This document shows, in pieces, positions 18,748 through 26,383 of a stretch of DNA of 51,753 nt. Made by a program: the position numbers and the translations under genes. This stretch comes from a virus (lineage: Duplodnaviria > Caudoviricetes). Below the pieces are notes generated by a model. That model had not been told where the DNA came from. It saw nothing but the letters and a program-made list of their open reading frames with translations, and made no database searches. Positions within the stretch are counted from its first letter, which is position 1, and every line of letters begins with the position of its first letter. Location of the stretch: IMG/VR virus record IMGVR_UViG_3300009095_000018, positions 1 to 51,753 of that record; one strand, written 5' to 3'.

Positions 18748-18887
18748 ATCTTCCCCTGCCGCTTGAACCTGAAGAATATGGCTAACACCTGACCCTCAGA
18801 CATTTTGTCTACCTTCGAGGGCCAGGTCTTACTATTAGGGTAGGCCCGTTTGATCAACTCCATCTTCTGGAATATGTCGCCGGTCAT
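18744..18887 (-). CDS. small basic protein MTGDIFQKMELIKRAYPNSKTWPSKVDKMSEGQVLAIFFRFKRQGKI (47 aa, not in ORF track)
   Basis: TTGA overlap with the downstream gene; fills the gap. Confidence 0.65.
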   Translation of the reverse strand: MTGDIFQKMELIKRAYPNSKTWPSKVDKMSEGQVLAIFFRFKRQGKI

Positions 18888-18899
18888 GAACGTGGCCTA

Positions 18900-19598
18900 C
18901 TACCGTCCGGTGTTGATAGGTTCGGGCTCGGGGAAAGTGATCCCGTAACCCCCACTCGTCAGAGGGACGGGGCGAGCGCGGTTCAGGTTGTACCAACCCC
19001 ACTCCTCGTCGGTGCTCTTGGGCACCACGTCGGGGATGAGATTATAGTAATCGCCAACCGTGGCGTGGCCGTATTTCTCAATGATCCCCTCGAGCGAGAG
19101 GAGAATATTGACAGCGTCCTGGCGAGACTCGAAGACGAACTGCTGAACAGCGTTCGAACGGCGGACGACCTTCGGCTGGTACATTCCGGTCTGAGTGACT
19201 GGGGTCGGATTACCCATCGTCCGGATGACCGGGGCATTGGTCGCGTACCTATTGTACGGAATATGGGTTTGCTGACCTGACGGTGGATGGGTAATGCTGG
19301 GGCGATCCTTGGGGGCGAGCTTCTCCGCTACAGCTTGCTGAAAGCCGGTCGTCACTTGACCAAGCGCTGTGAGAAGCATGTCACGGGCGGTAGGGAGAAG
19401 CATATCCTTGATGAACCAATCTCGGAAGTTCTCCCCCTCCTCTACGAACATCTCTCGGAACTGCCGCCAGACAGATTTCTTTCGGGGTGTGATCTTCCCC
19501 TCGGCATCGACCGGAGTTATGTTCTTCTTTTCGGGAGCCTCGGACTTGTCCTCGGAGGCCCGACTCTTCGAATTGTGGCTGTTACCAGGAAAATCCAT
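18900..19598 (-). CDS. hypothetical protein (232 aa from MDFPGNSHNSK)
   Basis: AAAGGGT RBS; FESR.DA..IL..L...YG.ATV.D.Y..., WGW pattern. Confidence 0.75.
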   Translation of the reverse strand: MDFPGNSHNSKSRASEDKSEAPEKKNITPVDAEGKITPRKKSVWRQFREMFVEEGENFRDWFIKDMLLPTARDMLLTALGQVTTGFQQAVAEKLAPKDRPSITHPPSGQQTHIPYNRYATNAPVIRTMGNPTPVTQTGMYQPKVVRRSNAVQQFVFESRQDAVNILLSLEGIIEKYGHATVGDYYNLIPDVVPKSTDEEWGWYNLNRARPVPLTSGGYGITFPEPEPINTGR

Positions 19599-19613
19599 GG
19601 CTACCCTTTCGAA

Positions 19614-19646
19614 AAACCCAAACCCCATGCGGGGTTCGGGATTGAG
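19614..19646 (-). terminator. cassette hairpin copy 1
   Basis: + strand AAACCCAAACCCCATGCGGGGTTCGGGATTGAG, directly after the ORF stop. Confidence 0.65.
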
Positions 19647-19649
19647 TAG

Positions 19650-19802
19650 TTAAGCGGTCAGTTCCTTCTTGGGCTCTTCGTCAGGGCCGAAGTAGTCGTC
19701 TGCCTTGTTGTTGACGGCCTTCTCGATCTTCGAAAGAAGAACGGCAAAGGCGCCAGCAACGAGGAACTTGACGATGTCCTTCTTGTTCTGGGGCTTGAGC
19801 AT
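19650..19802 (-). CDS. cassette ORF 1, 50-aa membrane-associated protein (MLKPQNKK...)
   Basis: Lies between promoter motif and hairpin; GATTGGA before ATG. Confidence 0.7.
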   Translation of the reverse strand: MLKPQNKKDIVKFLVAGAFAVLLSKIEKAVNNKADDYFGPDEEPKKELTA

Positions 19803-19822
19803 TGCGGGTTTCCAATCCAATA

Positions 19823-19855
19823 GGGGTCTCATTATAGGCCTTGTAAAATATGCGA
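19823..19855 (-). promoter_or_regulatory. phage promoter-like motif copy 1
   Basis: TCGCATATTTTACAAGGCCTATAATGAGACCCC. Confidence 0.8.
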
Positions 19856-20207
19856 GACCCCCGTTGAAGTCAGTGATTGTTACGTCGACGCTGTGGCCTG
19901 GTACCGAAGATCTTGCAGACATACAGCGAGATCTCCCACTTGGGACAGACCTTTCCGTCCGAGCATTCCTCTTGCGTTTTGTTGCAGTTGGGGCAGCAGT
20001 TCGTCCTGGTCTTTTGATCCATTGCGCTTGCGTCCCTTCGATACCTGGTACAAATATGATGCGATGATTGGGGCACATGTTTCTCACACCGAGGGGGAGG
20101 GTGGGTGAGCTACGGCTGTCGTTTAGTCGACCAGCATCCGGAATATGGCTTCGAGAGACCCCTCCCACCGTCACCATTGCTGGTCGCCCCTTTTCATCGC
20201 GGATTGA

Positions 20208-20735
20208 TCAGGCCACGTTACGCATCGTCTTGCGTCGCAGGCCGATCATCAGATACCGCCGATCCCAGTCCTTCTCGTTGGAGCCCGCGATACGCCGGAA
20301 CTCAGCCTCATCCATGGCGAGCAGTTCCTCGTCTGAGTACGACCGGTCCTGAACCTCGCCCTCGGCGATCTTCTTCTGAATATCGGCGGGCATGATCGAG
20401 GCGAAGAACGAGAACCCGGCATCGGGCATTCCGATCAGCTCACCGAAGAACGCCTCGTAAGCGCCGCATCCCTTGAACCTCCTTACGACGCTCTCGTCCT
20501 TGATGATGAGATCGTCCTCTCGGATGCCGACTGAACGGAACAGCATCTCCTGCCAGAGGTCAAGCATCCGACGACTGTCCTGGTTGTCGGCGATCTCCTT
20601 GAGATATGCCCCGGGGTCCTTCATATGGGACAGTTCCATCTCGACTATGTCCGTCTTTCCGAGGGAGAAATACCACTCGGACTGTACGTCGGTTCCGTCA
20701 GGGGTCTGGTGGGTTATGATCTTTCGGACAGGCAT
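20208..20735 (-). CDS. conserved phage hypothetical protein (175 aa)
   Basis: RKIIT...DG....WYFSL.K...EM, F....AY..F pattern. Confidence 0.75.
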   Translation of the reverse strand: MPVRKIITHQTPDGTDVQSEWYFSLGKTDIVEMELSHMKDPGAYLKEIADNQDSRRMLDLWQEMLFRSVGIREDDLIIKDESVVRRFKGCGAYEAFFGELIGMPDAGFSFFASIMPADIQKKIAEGEVQDRSYSDEELLAMDEAEFRRIAGSNEKDWDRRYLMIGLRRKTMRNVA

Positions 20736-20829
20736 TGCTTTCTCGTTTCTCTTCGTGTTTTAGCAAGCGGAAGGGGCGGCACGTAGAATATGACTCCCGC
20801 GCACCGCCCCGACGTTCAGCGGGTGTTGA

Positions 20830-21237
20830 TCAGGCGGCGGACTCGTCGCTCTTGACGACCTCACCGGTGACCGGGTCAACGGCCGAGTTCAGCTCATCGT
20901 CGTAGACGAACTGCGACTCGACGTCCTCCTCGGTCTCCTCGACGGCCTGCTTCGCGGCGAACTTGGCGAAGGCCACGGCGGCCAGGGCTACGGAGACGGC
21001 CACACCGGCGACGACCTTCTTGTTCTCCTTGAGCTTCTCGGTCACGCCGACCAGACGCTCCTTGAAGGACTTCTTACCACCTTCGACGACCTCCAGCTCC
21101 GGAGCCTCGGGGGTCTCCTCAACGGACTGGGTCTCGAGCGCCTTCTTCTCGCTCTGCGCCGGTACCACGAGCTTCTCCTCGGCAGCCTGGGCGGCGACGG
21201 ACTCGGCGGTGACCTTGACGTTCTTGTTGTTCGACAT
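20830..21237 (-). CDS. membrane-anchored acidic protein (135 aa from MSNNKNVK)
   Basis: AAAGAGG RBS; one hydrophobic helix; GC3-rich. Confidence 0.7.
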   Translation of the reverse strand: MSNNKNVKVTAESVAAQAAEEKLVVPAQSEKKALETQSVEETPEAPELEVVEGGKKSFKERLVGVTEKLKENKKVVAGVAVSVALAAVAFAKFAAKQAVEETEEDVESQFVYDDELNSAVDPVTGEVVKSDESAA

Positions 21238-21356
21238 GCTGGGGTTTCCTCTTTCAGTTTCTCTTAGGCTGGAAATGACGAGGTTGCAGCCCAATATGAG
21301 CTGTGGGTAGTGCCCCATTCTCGCCTCACTGGGGCACAGAAGGTGTTACCCTCTCT

Positions 21357-22148
21357 TCAATAGAGGTGGGCGTACCGGTGATTCGGTCGGTTGACGAAGT
21401 CGATGACGAGACACGGAACGTTGTTCTTTGTGAGCGCCGTTGTGTAGTTGAGCTCGAGCTTGTCGTTCGAATCCCAGCCGAGTTCGTCGGAGGCACCGAT
21501 GGGCGCAAGGCCGATCAGGTGGTAGAACTCCGTCAGCGACAAGTGGGTGCTGTTGATCAGCTCGTGATTGAAGTCGTTCACGGCCTTCCGGATCGACTCC
21601 ATGTCGCTCACGAAATATCGATCCGACCACTTGTCCCGGCAGAGGACGCTCCCCTGCTGAGCGGCGAGAGCGAGCACCGTTGGGTTCGGCGGGTTGGTCG
21701 CGACATGATCCTCGGCGATCTCGTCACGAATCGCCTGCTCCTTGCCCTTGCCGACCTTCTTCAGCGTCTTCTCGCGGTACTCCTTGAAGCTCTTCTCAGC
21801 GAACGCGTAAGCCGAAGCCATGGCAGCAGCCCGGCGCTCACTCACGCGGTTGGCGCAGATGGTCGCCGTGATGGTCATCGCCAGACAGGTCGCTGCCGGA
21901 ATATAGACCTTCCAGGTGAGTTCAGCCTTCATCCGAAAGTCGATCTCCGGAATATCGCTGCCGTCGACCGCGTTGGCCTCATTCCGGTGGTCCTCGGCAT
22001 CTCGGATGATCTCCGAAGCCCGGAATGCACCCTTGGCTGCCAAATATACGGAGGTGATAGCGCCCGAGACGCTGAGTGCGGTCAGAATCGCCGGAGAATT
22101 GTTCGCGGCGACCTTACCTGCACGCTTGAACAGCGCGCTGAAGTCCAT
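21357..22148 (-). CDS. DUF6353-like protein (paralog 3, 263 aa from MDFSALFK)
   Basis: NSPAILT, WKVYIPA, AYA..E..FKEYREK, D..S.RYF, SL.EFY..IGL, GW; GAGGAG RBS. Confidence 0.7.
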   Translation of the reverse strand: MDFSALFKRAGKVAANNSPAILTALSVSGAITSVYLAAKGAFRASEIIRDAEDHRNEANAVDGSDIPEIDFRMKAELTWKVYIPAATCLAMTITATICANRVSERRAAAMASAYAFAEKSFKEYREKTLKKVGKGKEQAIRDEIAEDHVATNPPNPTVLALAAQQGSVLCRDKWSDRYFVSDMESIRKAVNDFNHELINSTHLSLTEFYHLIGLAPIGASDELGWDSNDKLELNYTTALTKNNVPCLVIDFVNRPNHRYAHLY

Positions 22149-22200
22149 GATTGAAGCTCCTCTAGTGTCGCCGTCCGGCGATTCTGATGCGGGGGTAGAT

Positions 22201-22653
22201 CTACTTACTGGACTTGGAGAGCCGGATAGTGCTGGTCTGCCCGAGCATGGTGAACTTGTAGCTGATGTTGCCGTTCTTGTACTCGAACATCTTCGACTTG
22301 TCCTGTGAGCCGAACATCGATGACTCCATTCTCTTCTGGGCGTCCGGATCTGCCTTGGACTCGAGCTTGAACGAATCCGACGCATTCTTATCTGAGACCT
22401 GGAATGAACCCATCCAGTAGAGAGAGCTGGAGTCTCGAGAGTTCATCCAAATCTGAATCGTGTCGTCGTTGACGGACGCCGTCATGCGAACACCGACATC
22501 TTCGATGTTGGACTGCTCCCAGTCCCCCACCAGAGTTAAGACCCTCGTGATCTTGTCGTCGGCGCTGACGGTATCGATCTCGTTACTTCCACACCCTGCG
22601 AGCAAGGATATGGAGGCTAGAGCCGCCATAGGGAAGATCAGGGTCTTACGCAC
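22201..22653 (-). CDS. predicted lipoprotein (150 aa)
   Basis: Signal peptide with lipobox LLAG-C. Confidence 0.75.
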   Translation of the reverse strand: MRKTLIFPMAALASISLLAGCGSNEIDTVSADDKITRVLTLVGDWEQSNIEDVGVRMTASVNDDTIQIWMNSRDSSSLYWMGSFQVSDKNASDSFKLESKADPDAQKRMESSMFGSQDKSKMFEYKNGNISYKFTMLGQTSTIRLSKSSK

Positions 22654-22936
22654 CGTCTTGCTCCTTCTTCGCCTCGAACTCCATGATGAATATCCTGTCT
22701 TGTCGTCGTATCCTAGCGGTCTTCGTACGAGGTCTTGCTGAACCCCGGAGTCCCCTTGGCGTAGGAATCGTTAGTCGGCCAGGCATTCTCGGCCTCGTAG
22801 TCGTTGAATTGACGGACCTTCTCCAGGGCGTTCAGCCTCATGCGGTAGTTCACGGCGACCGCCGTCGCGCCAGAGCTGGTTCTTAGTCTTACCCATCACT
22901 TCACCGAACACAGGTAGCAGCCTTTCTAAATATGGC

Positions 22937-22983
22937 GAAACCCAAACCCCATGCGCGGGTGCGCTAGGGGCGTGGGATTGAGA
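22937..22983 (-). terminator. cassette hairpin copy 2 (expanded loop)
   Basis: GAAACCCAAACCCCATGCG...GGGGCGTGGGATTGAGA. Confidence 0.6.
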
Positions 22984-23262
22984 TCAGTTCTCGGCGGGGG
23001 TCTCGTCGGTGTCGTCGGTCTCCGGCTCGAAGCCGTCTTCGTTGTCCTCGTCGCTGAGCTTGTTGATCAGGACGATGGCGGCGACAGTAGCCGCAACGGC
23101 TCCGGCAGTGACGAGCGCGAACTTCTTCAGGGCCTGCTTTCCAGCAGCCTCTTCGGAGGTGGGCTCGCCCTTGTCGGAAGCCATCTCGGCCTTCTTCGCC
23201 TCCACGGCCTGCATGGCACGCGTGAGGAAGGAGGGCTTCTTCGAGTTGGGGTTCTCGGACAT
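22984..23262 (-). CDS. cassette ORF 2, membrane-anchored protein (92 aa from MSENPNSK)
   Basis: GATTGGAG before ATG; one TM helix and an acidic tail. Confidence 0.75.
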   Translation of the reverse strand: MSENPNSKKPSFLTRAMQAVEAKKAEMASDKGEPTSEEAAGKQALKKFALVTAGAVAATVAAIVLINKLSDEDNEDGFEPETDDTDETPAEN

Positions 23263-23282
23263 GACTGGGTCTCCAATCGTTA

Positions 23283-23315
23283 GGGGTCTCATTATAGGAC
23301 GTGTATTTCTTGCGA
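23283..23315 (-). promoter_or_regulatory. phage promoter-like motif copy 2
   Basis: TCGCAAGAAATACACGTCCTATAATGAGACCCC. Confidence 0.8.
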
Positions 23316-23322
23316 GGGTTGT

Positions 23323-23550
23323 TCAGCCCTTACGGGTCCGACGCTTCGTCGGCTTCTTGCGTTCGTCCTCGAGCAGGGCGGGCGCCACCCTTATGCCGGG
23401 GGTGTTGTTCGAGTCGGGGCCCCACATCCCGAGGAGCGTGATGCGCTTCTTCTCGAGAATATCGGAGATGCCCGCCTCGATGGCGTTCGGAGTCACGGTC
23501 ACCCAGACCAGCGGGTAGTTCGGGTCGGGGCGTTCGATCTTAGCCTGCAT
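23323..23550 (-). CDS. hypothetical protein (75 aa from MQAKIERP)
   Basis: GAAGAGGT RBS; GC3-rich. Confidence 0.65.
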   Translation of the reverse strand: MQAKIERPDPNYPLVWVTVTPNAIEAGISDILEKKRITLLGMWGPDSNNTPGIRVAPALLEDERKKPTKRRTRKG

Positions 23551-23689
23551 AGGAGGGGTACCTCTTCGACTTCTTGACTCGGCGGTTGATGACCTTCCCC
23601 GCCGCTGCGAGTGCCACGGAAATGACACCGATGACAGCGACCGGGTTCTCATTGAACTCTTCCTTGAGCCGCTTCAGACCCTCGTTCAT
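23540..23689 (-). CDS. 49-aa membrane protein MNEGLKRLKEEFNENPVAVIG... (not in ORF track)
   Basis: ATGA coupling; one TM helix. Confidence 0.6.
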   Translation of the reverse strand: MNEGLKRLKEEFNENPVAVIGVISVALAAAGKVINRRVKKSKRYPSYAG

Positions 23690-23883
23690 GCTTCACTCCC
23701 CTTGGAATATGACTTGACCGACTTCACCAGTTGCCGTATGGCGATCCCGGTAGCGACCTTGAGACCCAGTACGATGACCAGGTTGATGACGACACGTCGG
23801 AACGGAGGGTCCCAGAAGGGTTCCTCCTCGATGACCTCTTCTTCCTCTTCAGGAATCAGCGTCACCAGCTTCGGCGGTTCCAT
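23686..23883 (-). CDS. small membrane protein (65 aa)
   Basis: GGAGGGGG RBS; hydrophobic helix. Confidence 0.65.
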   Translation of the reverse strand: MEPPKLVTLIPEEEEEVIEEEPFWDPPFRRVVINLVIVLGLKVATGIAIRQLVKSVKSYSKGSEA

Positions 23884-23905
23884 CGAAAATATCCCCCTCC
23901 CAGGC

Positions 23906-23942
23906 GAAACCCAAACCCCATGCTAGGGGTTTGAGATTGAGG
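23906..23942 (-). terminator. cassette hairpin copy 3
   Basis: GAAACCCAAACCCCATGCTAGGGGTTTGAGATTGAGG. Confidence 0.7.
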
Positions 23943-24128
23943 TCAGTTCTCCTGGTTGTTCTCCTTCTTGGTCTTCTCGGCCTTCTTCATCTGGAACTTA
24001 GCCACGGCGTAGCCGATCACCAAAAAGGCCGCAGTGGCGGCAGCCGACTGAACGGTGCCCATGGCGGCTGCCTTGGCGATCTCCTTGCCGAAGCTGGTTT
24101 CCTGAGTCTCGACGGTCTTCTCGTCCAT
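23943..24128 (-). CDS. cassette ORF 3, membrane protein (61 aa from MDEKTVET)
   Basis: GATTGGA before ATG; TM helix. Confidence 0.7.
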   Translation of the reverse strand: MDEKTVETQETSFGKEIAKAAAMGTVQSAAATAAFLVIGYAVAKFQMKKAEKTKKENNQEN

Positions 24129-24153
24129 GACAGGTATCCAATCTTGTGGGTTA

Positions 24154-24186
24154 CGGGTCTCGTTATAAGGCATGTAATTCCTGCGA
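24154..24186 (-). promoter_or_regulatory. phage promoter-like motif copy 3
   Basis: TCGCAGGAATTACATGCCTTATAACGAGACCCG. Confidence 0.8.
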
Positions 24187-24225
24187 GGTTGTGGGAAAAT
24201 ACCCGCCTGGGGAATTTGGAGAATC

Positions 24226-24265
24226 GAAACCCAAACCCCATGCGGGGGTCTGGGCTTGAGATCAA
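24226..24265 (-). terminator. cassette hairpin copy 4
   Basis: GAAACCCAAACCCCATGCGGGGGTCTGGGCTTGAGATCAA. Confidence 0.7.
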
Positions 24266-24460
24266 TCAGATAAAGAAGGTGTCGATGGTCTCGGTGCTTC
24301 CGTCAGCGAACTCAACCTCACCGGCGACGTGCTCGTTCCACATGATCATTCCGACCTTGAAGAACTCATCCATGAGGTTCTTCTTAGTCTCCTTGTCAGT
24401 GGTCGAGCCCATCTGGGCGGCGATGTCGTTGATCTTCTGAACGAACTCAGCGTGGTCCAT
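24266..24460 (-). CDS. cassette ORF 4, acidic protein (64 aa from MDHAEFVQ)
   Basis: GATTGGA before ATG. Confidence 0.7.
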   Translation of the reverse strand: MDHAEFVQKINDIAAQMGSTTDKETKKNLMDEFFKVGMIMWNEHVAGEVEFADGSTETIDTFFI

Positions 24461-24479
24461 GATCATTCCAATCCGAGTA

Positions 24480-24512
24480 GGGGTCTCATTATAGGGCATG
24501 TAATTTCTGCGA
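24480..24512 (-). promoter_or_regulatory. phage promoter-like motif copy 4
   Basis: TCGCAGAAATTACATGCCCTATAATGAGACCCC. Confidence 0.8.
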
Positions 24513-24534
24513 CCCCCACCCGTTGGAATATGGC

Positions 24535-24571
24535 GAAACCCAAACCCCATGCGTGGGGTTTGAGATTGAGG
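24535..24571 (-). terminator. cassette hairpin copy 5
   Basis: GAAACCCAAACCCCATGCGTGGGGTTTGAGATTGAGG. Confidence 0.7.
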
Positions 24572-24835
24572 TCAGTTCTCGTTGGTGTCTTCGTAAATCG
24601 TCAGATAGTAGACGTTGTTCAATCCGCTCTGCTGAACGACCACGTCCTCGCGCTCTAGGAGCGCCTTCTTTTCATCGCCAGTCACCTCCGGGAGGGGCAC
24701 GAACTCAGTAGCGTTCTTAATTGCTTTGAGTGCGAGCGCCGTGGAGGCGGCAGCGGTGAAGGCGATCACGCTGGGGGCGTAGGTCTTGATCTTCTGCTTG
24801 AGGGAGGACATCTTCTTCTTGGCGTTCTCGTTCAT
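24572..24835 (-). CDS. cassette ORF 5 (87 aa from MNENAKKK)
   Basis: GATTGGA before ATG; hydrophobic helix. Confidence 0.7.
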   Translation of the reverse strand: MNENAKKKMSSLKQKIKTYAPSVIAFTAAASTALALKAIKNATEFVPLPEVTGDEKKALLEREDVVVQQSGLNNVYYLTIYEDTNEN

Positions 24836-24855
24836 GAGGAATCCAATCCGAGATA

Positions 24856-24888
24856 AGGGTCTCATTGTAAGCCTTGTAAAATATGCGA
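24856..24888 (-). promoter_or_regulatory. phage promoter-like motif copy 5
   Basis: TCGCATATTTTACAAGGCTTACAATGAGACCCT. Confidence 0.8.
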
Positions 24889-24927
24889 CCCCTTAGAGAA
24901 TCACTCCCATTTTGACCTTAAGCAACG

Positions 24928-24964
24928 GAAACTCAAACCCCATGTAGGGGGCTTGAGATTGAGA
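24928..24964 (-). terminator. cassette hairpin copy 6
   Basis: GAAACTCAAACCCCATGTAGGGGGCTTGAGATTGAGA. Confidence 0.7.
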
Positions 24965-25210
24965 TCAATCCTGGTCGGCGCTTTTGGTCTTCTTGACGGC
25001 TATCTGACTAACGGTGTCAATAGCCTTGACAGCGGCGTAAACACCAATCGCGGCGATAGCAATATGTTTCACGACCGTCTTTCCGTGTTCGGCAATTGCC
25101 TTGACGGTCTCGGGGTGAAGAATATGCGTCTCTTCGGTAATGGTGTCTGTTGCCTTCTGGTTCTTAGGCTTGTCGACAAACGTAATCTGAACGGCCTTCT
25201 TCTTGAACAC
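24965..25210 (-). CDS. cassette ORF 6 (~81 aa, GTG start VFKKKAVQ)
   Basis: GATTGGA 7 nt before GTG; hydrophobic helix. Confidence 0.7.
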   Translation of the reverse strand: MFKKKAVQITFVDKPKNQKATDTITEETHILHPETVKAIAEHGKTVVKHIAIAAIGVYAAVKAIDTVSQIAVKKTKSADQD

Positions 25211-25228
25211 AACAAGGTCCAATCGATA

Positions 25229-25261
25229 GGGGTCTCATTATAGGCCGTGTAAAATATGCGA
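25229..25261 (-). promoter_or_regulatory. phage promoter-like motif copy 6
   Basis: TCGCATATTTTACACGGCCTATAATGAGACCCC. Confidence 0.8.
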
Positions 25262-25295
25262 AACCCAAGCCCCTTGCGGGGCATGGGCTTGAGGC
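25260..25295 (-). terminator. cassette hairpin copy 7 (abuts promoter copy 6)
   Basis: GAAACCCAAGCCCCTTGCGGGGCATGGGCTTGAGGC. Confidence 0.65.
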
Positions 25296-25541
25296 TCAAC
25301 GGTTGTAGCGGTAAGTCATGTAGGCGAACTGGTACTCGCTCTCGAACTCTTCGCGGGTCCGGATCTTGTCCTCGAGGAACATCTTCACCACAACCTCGGT
25401 TGCGTGACGCCTGGCGTCGATCTCAGTCTGGATTTCCTTCTGAGCGACGCGGTGCATCGCGTAACCCTTGATGATGAAGATGCCGCCGAGAGCAGCGGTG
25501 GCCACGATGTATCCGAGAGCGATCTTGTCAGCCTTGTTCAT
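25296..25541 (-). CDS. cassette ORF 7, membrane protein (81 aa from MNKADKIA)
   Basis: GATTGGA before ATG; N-terminal TM helix. Confidence 0.7.
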   Translation of the reverse strand: MNKADKIALGYIVATAALGGIFIIKGYAMHRVAQKEIQTEIDARRHATEVVVKMFLEDKIRTREEFESEYQFAYMTYRYNR

Positions 25542-25558
25542 GATACTTCCAATCGTTA

Positions 25559-25591
25559 GGGGTCTCATTATAGGGCATGTAAATTCTGCGA
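25559..25591 (-). promoter_or_regulatory. phage promoter-like motif copy 7
   Basis: TCGCAGAATTTACATGCCCTATAATGAGACCCC. Confidence 0.8.
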
Positions 25592-25630
25592 TACCCCTAA
25601 AAGAATCGCTCCCATTTTGACTCAAACCCA

Positions 25631-25663
25631 AAACCCAAACCCCTTGCGGGGGTCGGGCTTTGA
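25631..25663 (-). terminator. cassette hairpin copy 8
   Basis: AAACCCAAACCCCTTGCGGGGGTCGGGCTTTGA. Confidence 0.65.
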
Positions 25664-25668
25664 AACTG

Positions 25669-25860
25669 CTAGAGGTGTGCGTTGATGATCCTGGCGAGAT
25701 CGATCTTCTTCAGTTCATGAAGATTTCGGTTGTGGGTGATGGCCCGCACTCCGTCTCGAAGATTCACGTATACACGGAATCCACTTTCGGAAATGCGAAT
25801 CGCACCGATGGGCCGGTTCTTCAGATCGTCGTAGATCTCGATCTCTTCCTGAGACATCAT
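25669..25860 (-). CDS. cassette ORF 8 (63 aa from MMSQEEIE)
   Basis: GAAAGG RBS; lies between promoter and hairpin. Confidence 0.7.
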   Translation of the reverse strand: MMSQEEIEIYDDLKNRPIGAIRISESGFRVYVNLRDGVRAITHNRNLHELKKIDLARIINAHL

Positions 25861-25876
25861 TGCTGTGCCTTTCATA

Positions 25877-25909
25877 GGGGTCTCATTATAGGCCTTGTAA
25901 AATATGCGA
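25877..25909 (-). promoter_or_regulatory. phage promoter-like motif copy 8 (identical to copy 1)
   Basis: TCGCATATTTTACAAGGCCTATAATGAGACCCC. Confidence 0.8.
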
Positions 25910-25941
25910 CCCAAAAAACCCACAGAGAGTGGTAAGAGGCA

Positions 25942-25989
25942 AAAAACAGACGGCATGCAAACCTTGTTGGGGCCTACATACCGTCTGTC
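25942..25989 (-). terminator. imperfect hairpin (ACAGACGG...CCGTCTGT) with a T-tract on the minus strand
   Basis: Inverted repeat downstream of 26028..26312. Confidence 0.5.
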
Positions 25990-26027
25990 CGGTCGTCCGG
26001 GTCGGACGCTTTCTCAGTTGATGAAGG

Positions 26028-26312
26028 TCACTTCTTGACGAAACTGAGAGCAGCCTTTGAGGCGATCACGTGACCGTGCTCGTAGCTGATGATGATCAGG
26101 ATTCCAGCGAGAGACGACAGCGCAGCGACCCACTGGTCCTTACTCACCTTCTGCTTGGAATCAACTTCCTGCAGCTTGTAGAGCTTGGCCAACTGGTCGC
26201 TTACGCGGTTGTACTCTTCGCTGTCCTCCGGCGTATTCGCCAGCGTTTCGAACAGTCGCGCGATCTCCTTCCGGAGGTCACTCGGTTCCGACTTCTTGAA
26301 CTTCTTCAGCAT
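26028..26312 (-). CDS. cassette ORF 9, membrane-associated protein (~94 aa)
   Basis: GGAAGGA RBS; C-terminal LAGILIIISYE..HVIASKA..FV. Confidence 0.75.
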   Translation of the reverse strand: MLKKFKKSEPSDLRKEIARLFETLANTPEDSEEYNRVSDQLAKLYKLQEVDSKQKVSKDQWVAALSSLAGILIIISYEHGHVIASKAALSFVKK

Positions 26313-26334
26313 GGACAAAGCAGTTCCTTCCGTA

Positions 26335-26367
26335 GGGGTCTCGTTATAGGCCGTGTAAAATATGCGA
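26335..26367 (-). promoter_or_regulatory. phage promoter-like motif copy 9 (first after the late operon)
   Basis: TCGCATATTTTACACGGCCTATAACGAGACCCC. Confidence 0.8.
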
Positions 26368-26383
26368 CCCCGGCGACCTGTTG

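Noticed and set aside
19870-20200. Cys-rich ORF 19870..20076 and the overlapping 5' part of 19650..20177
   Set aside because: Conflicting frames, no clear RBS and atypical codons; could not decide on a gene model
19650-25956. ORF-track N-terminal extensions such as MRPLTIG, MPYNETP and MGFGFR shared by several ORFs
   Set aside because: These are translations of the promoter and hairpin DNA repeats, not a protein domain; true starts lie downstream of GATTGGA
23906-26367. Regularly recurring ~33-bp repeats resembling a CRISPR array
   Set aside because: Intervening segments are 200-400 bp ORFs with leaders, repeats are degenerate, and there is no cas operon; the Cas4-like nuclease alone is a common phage gene
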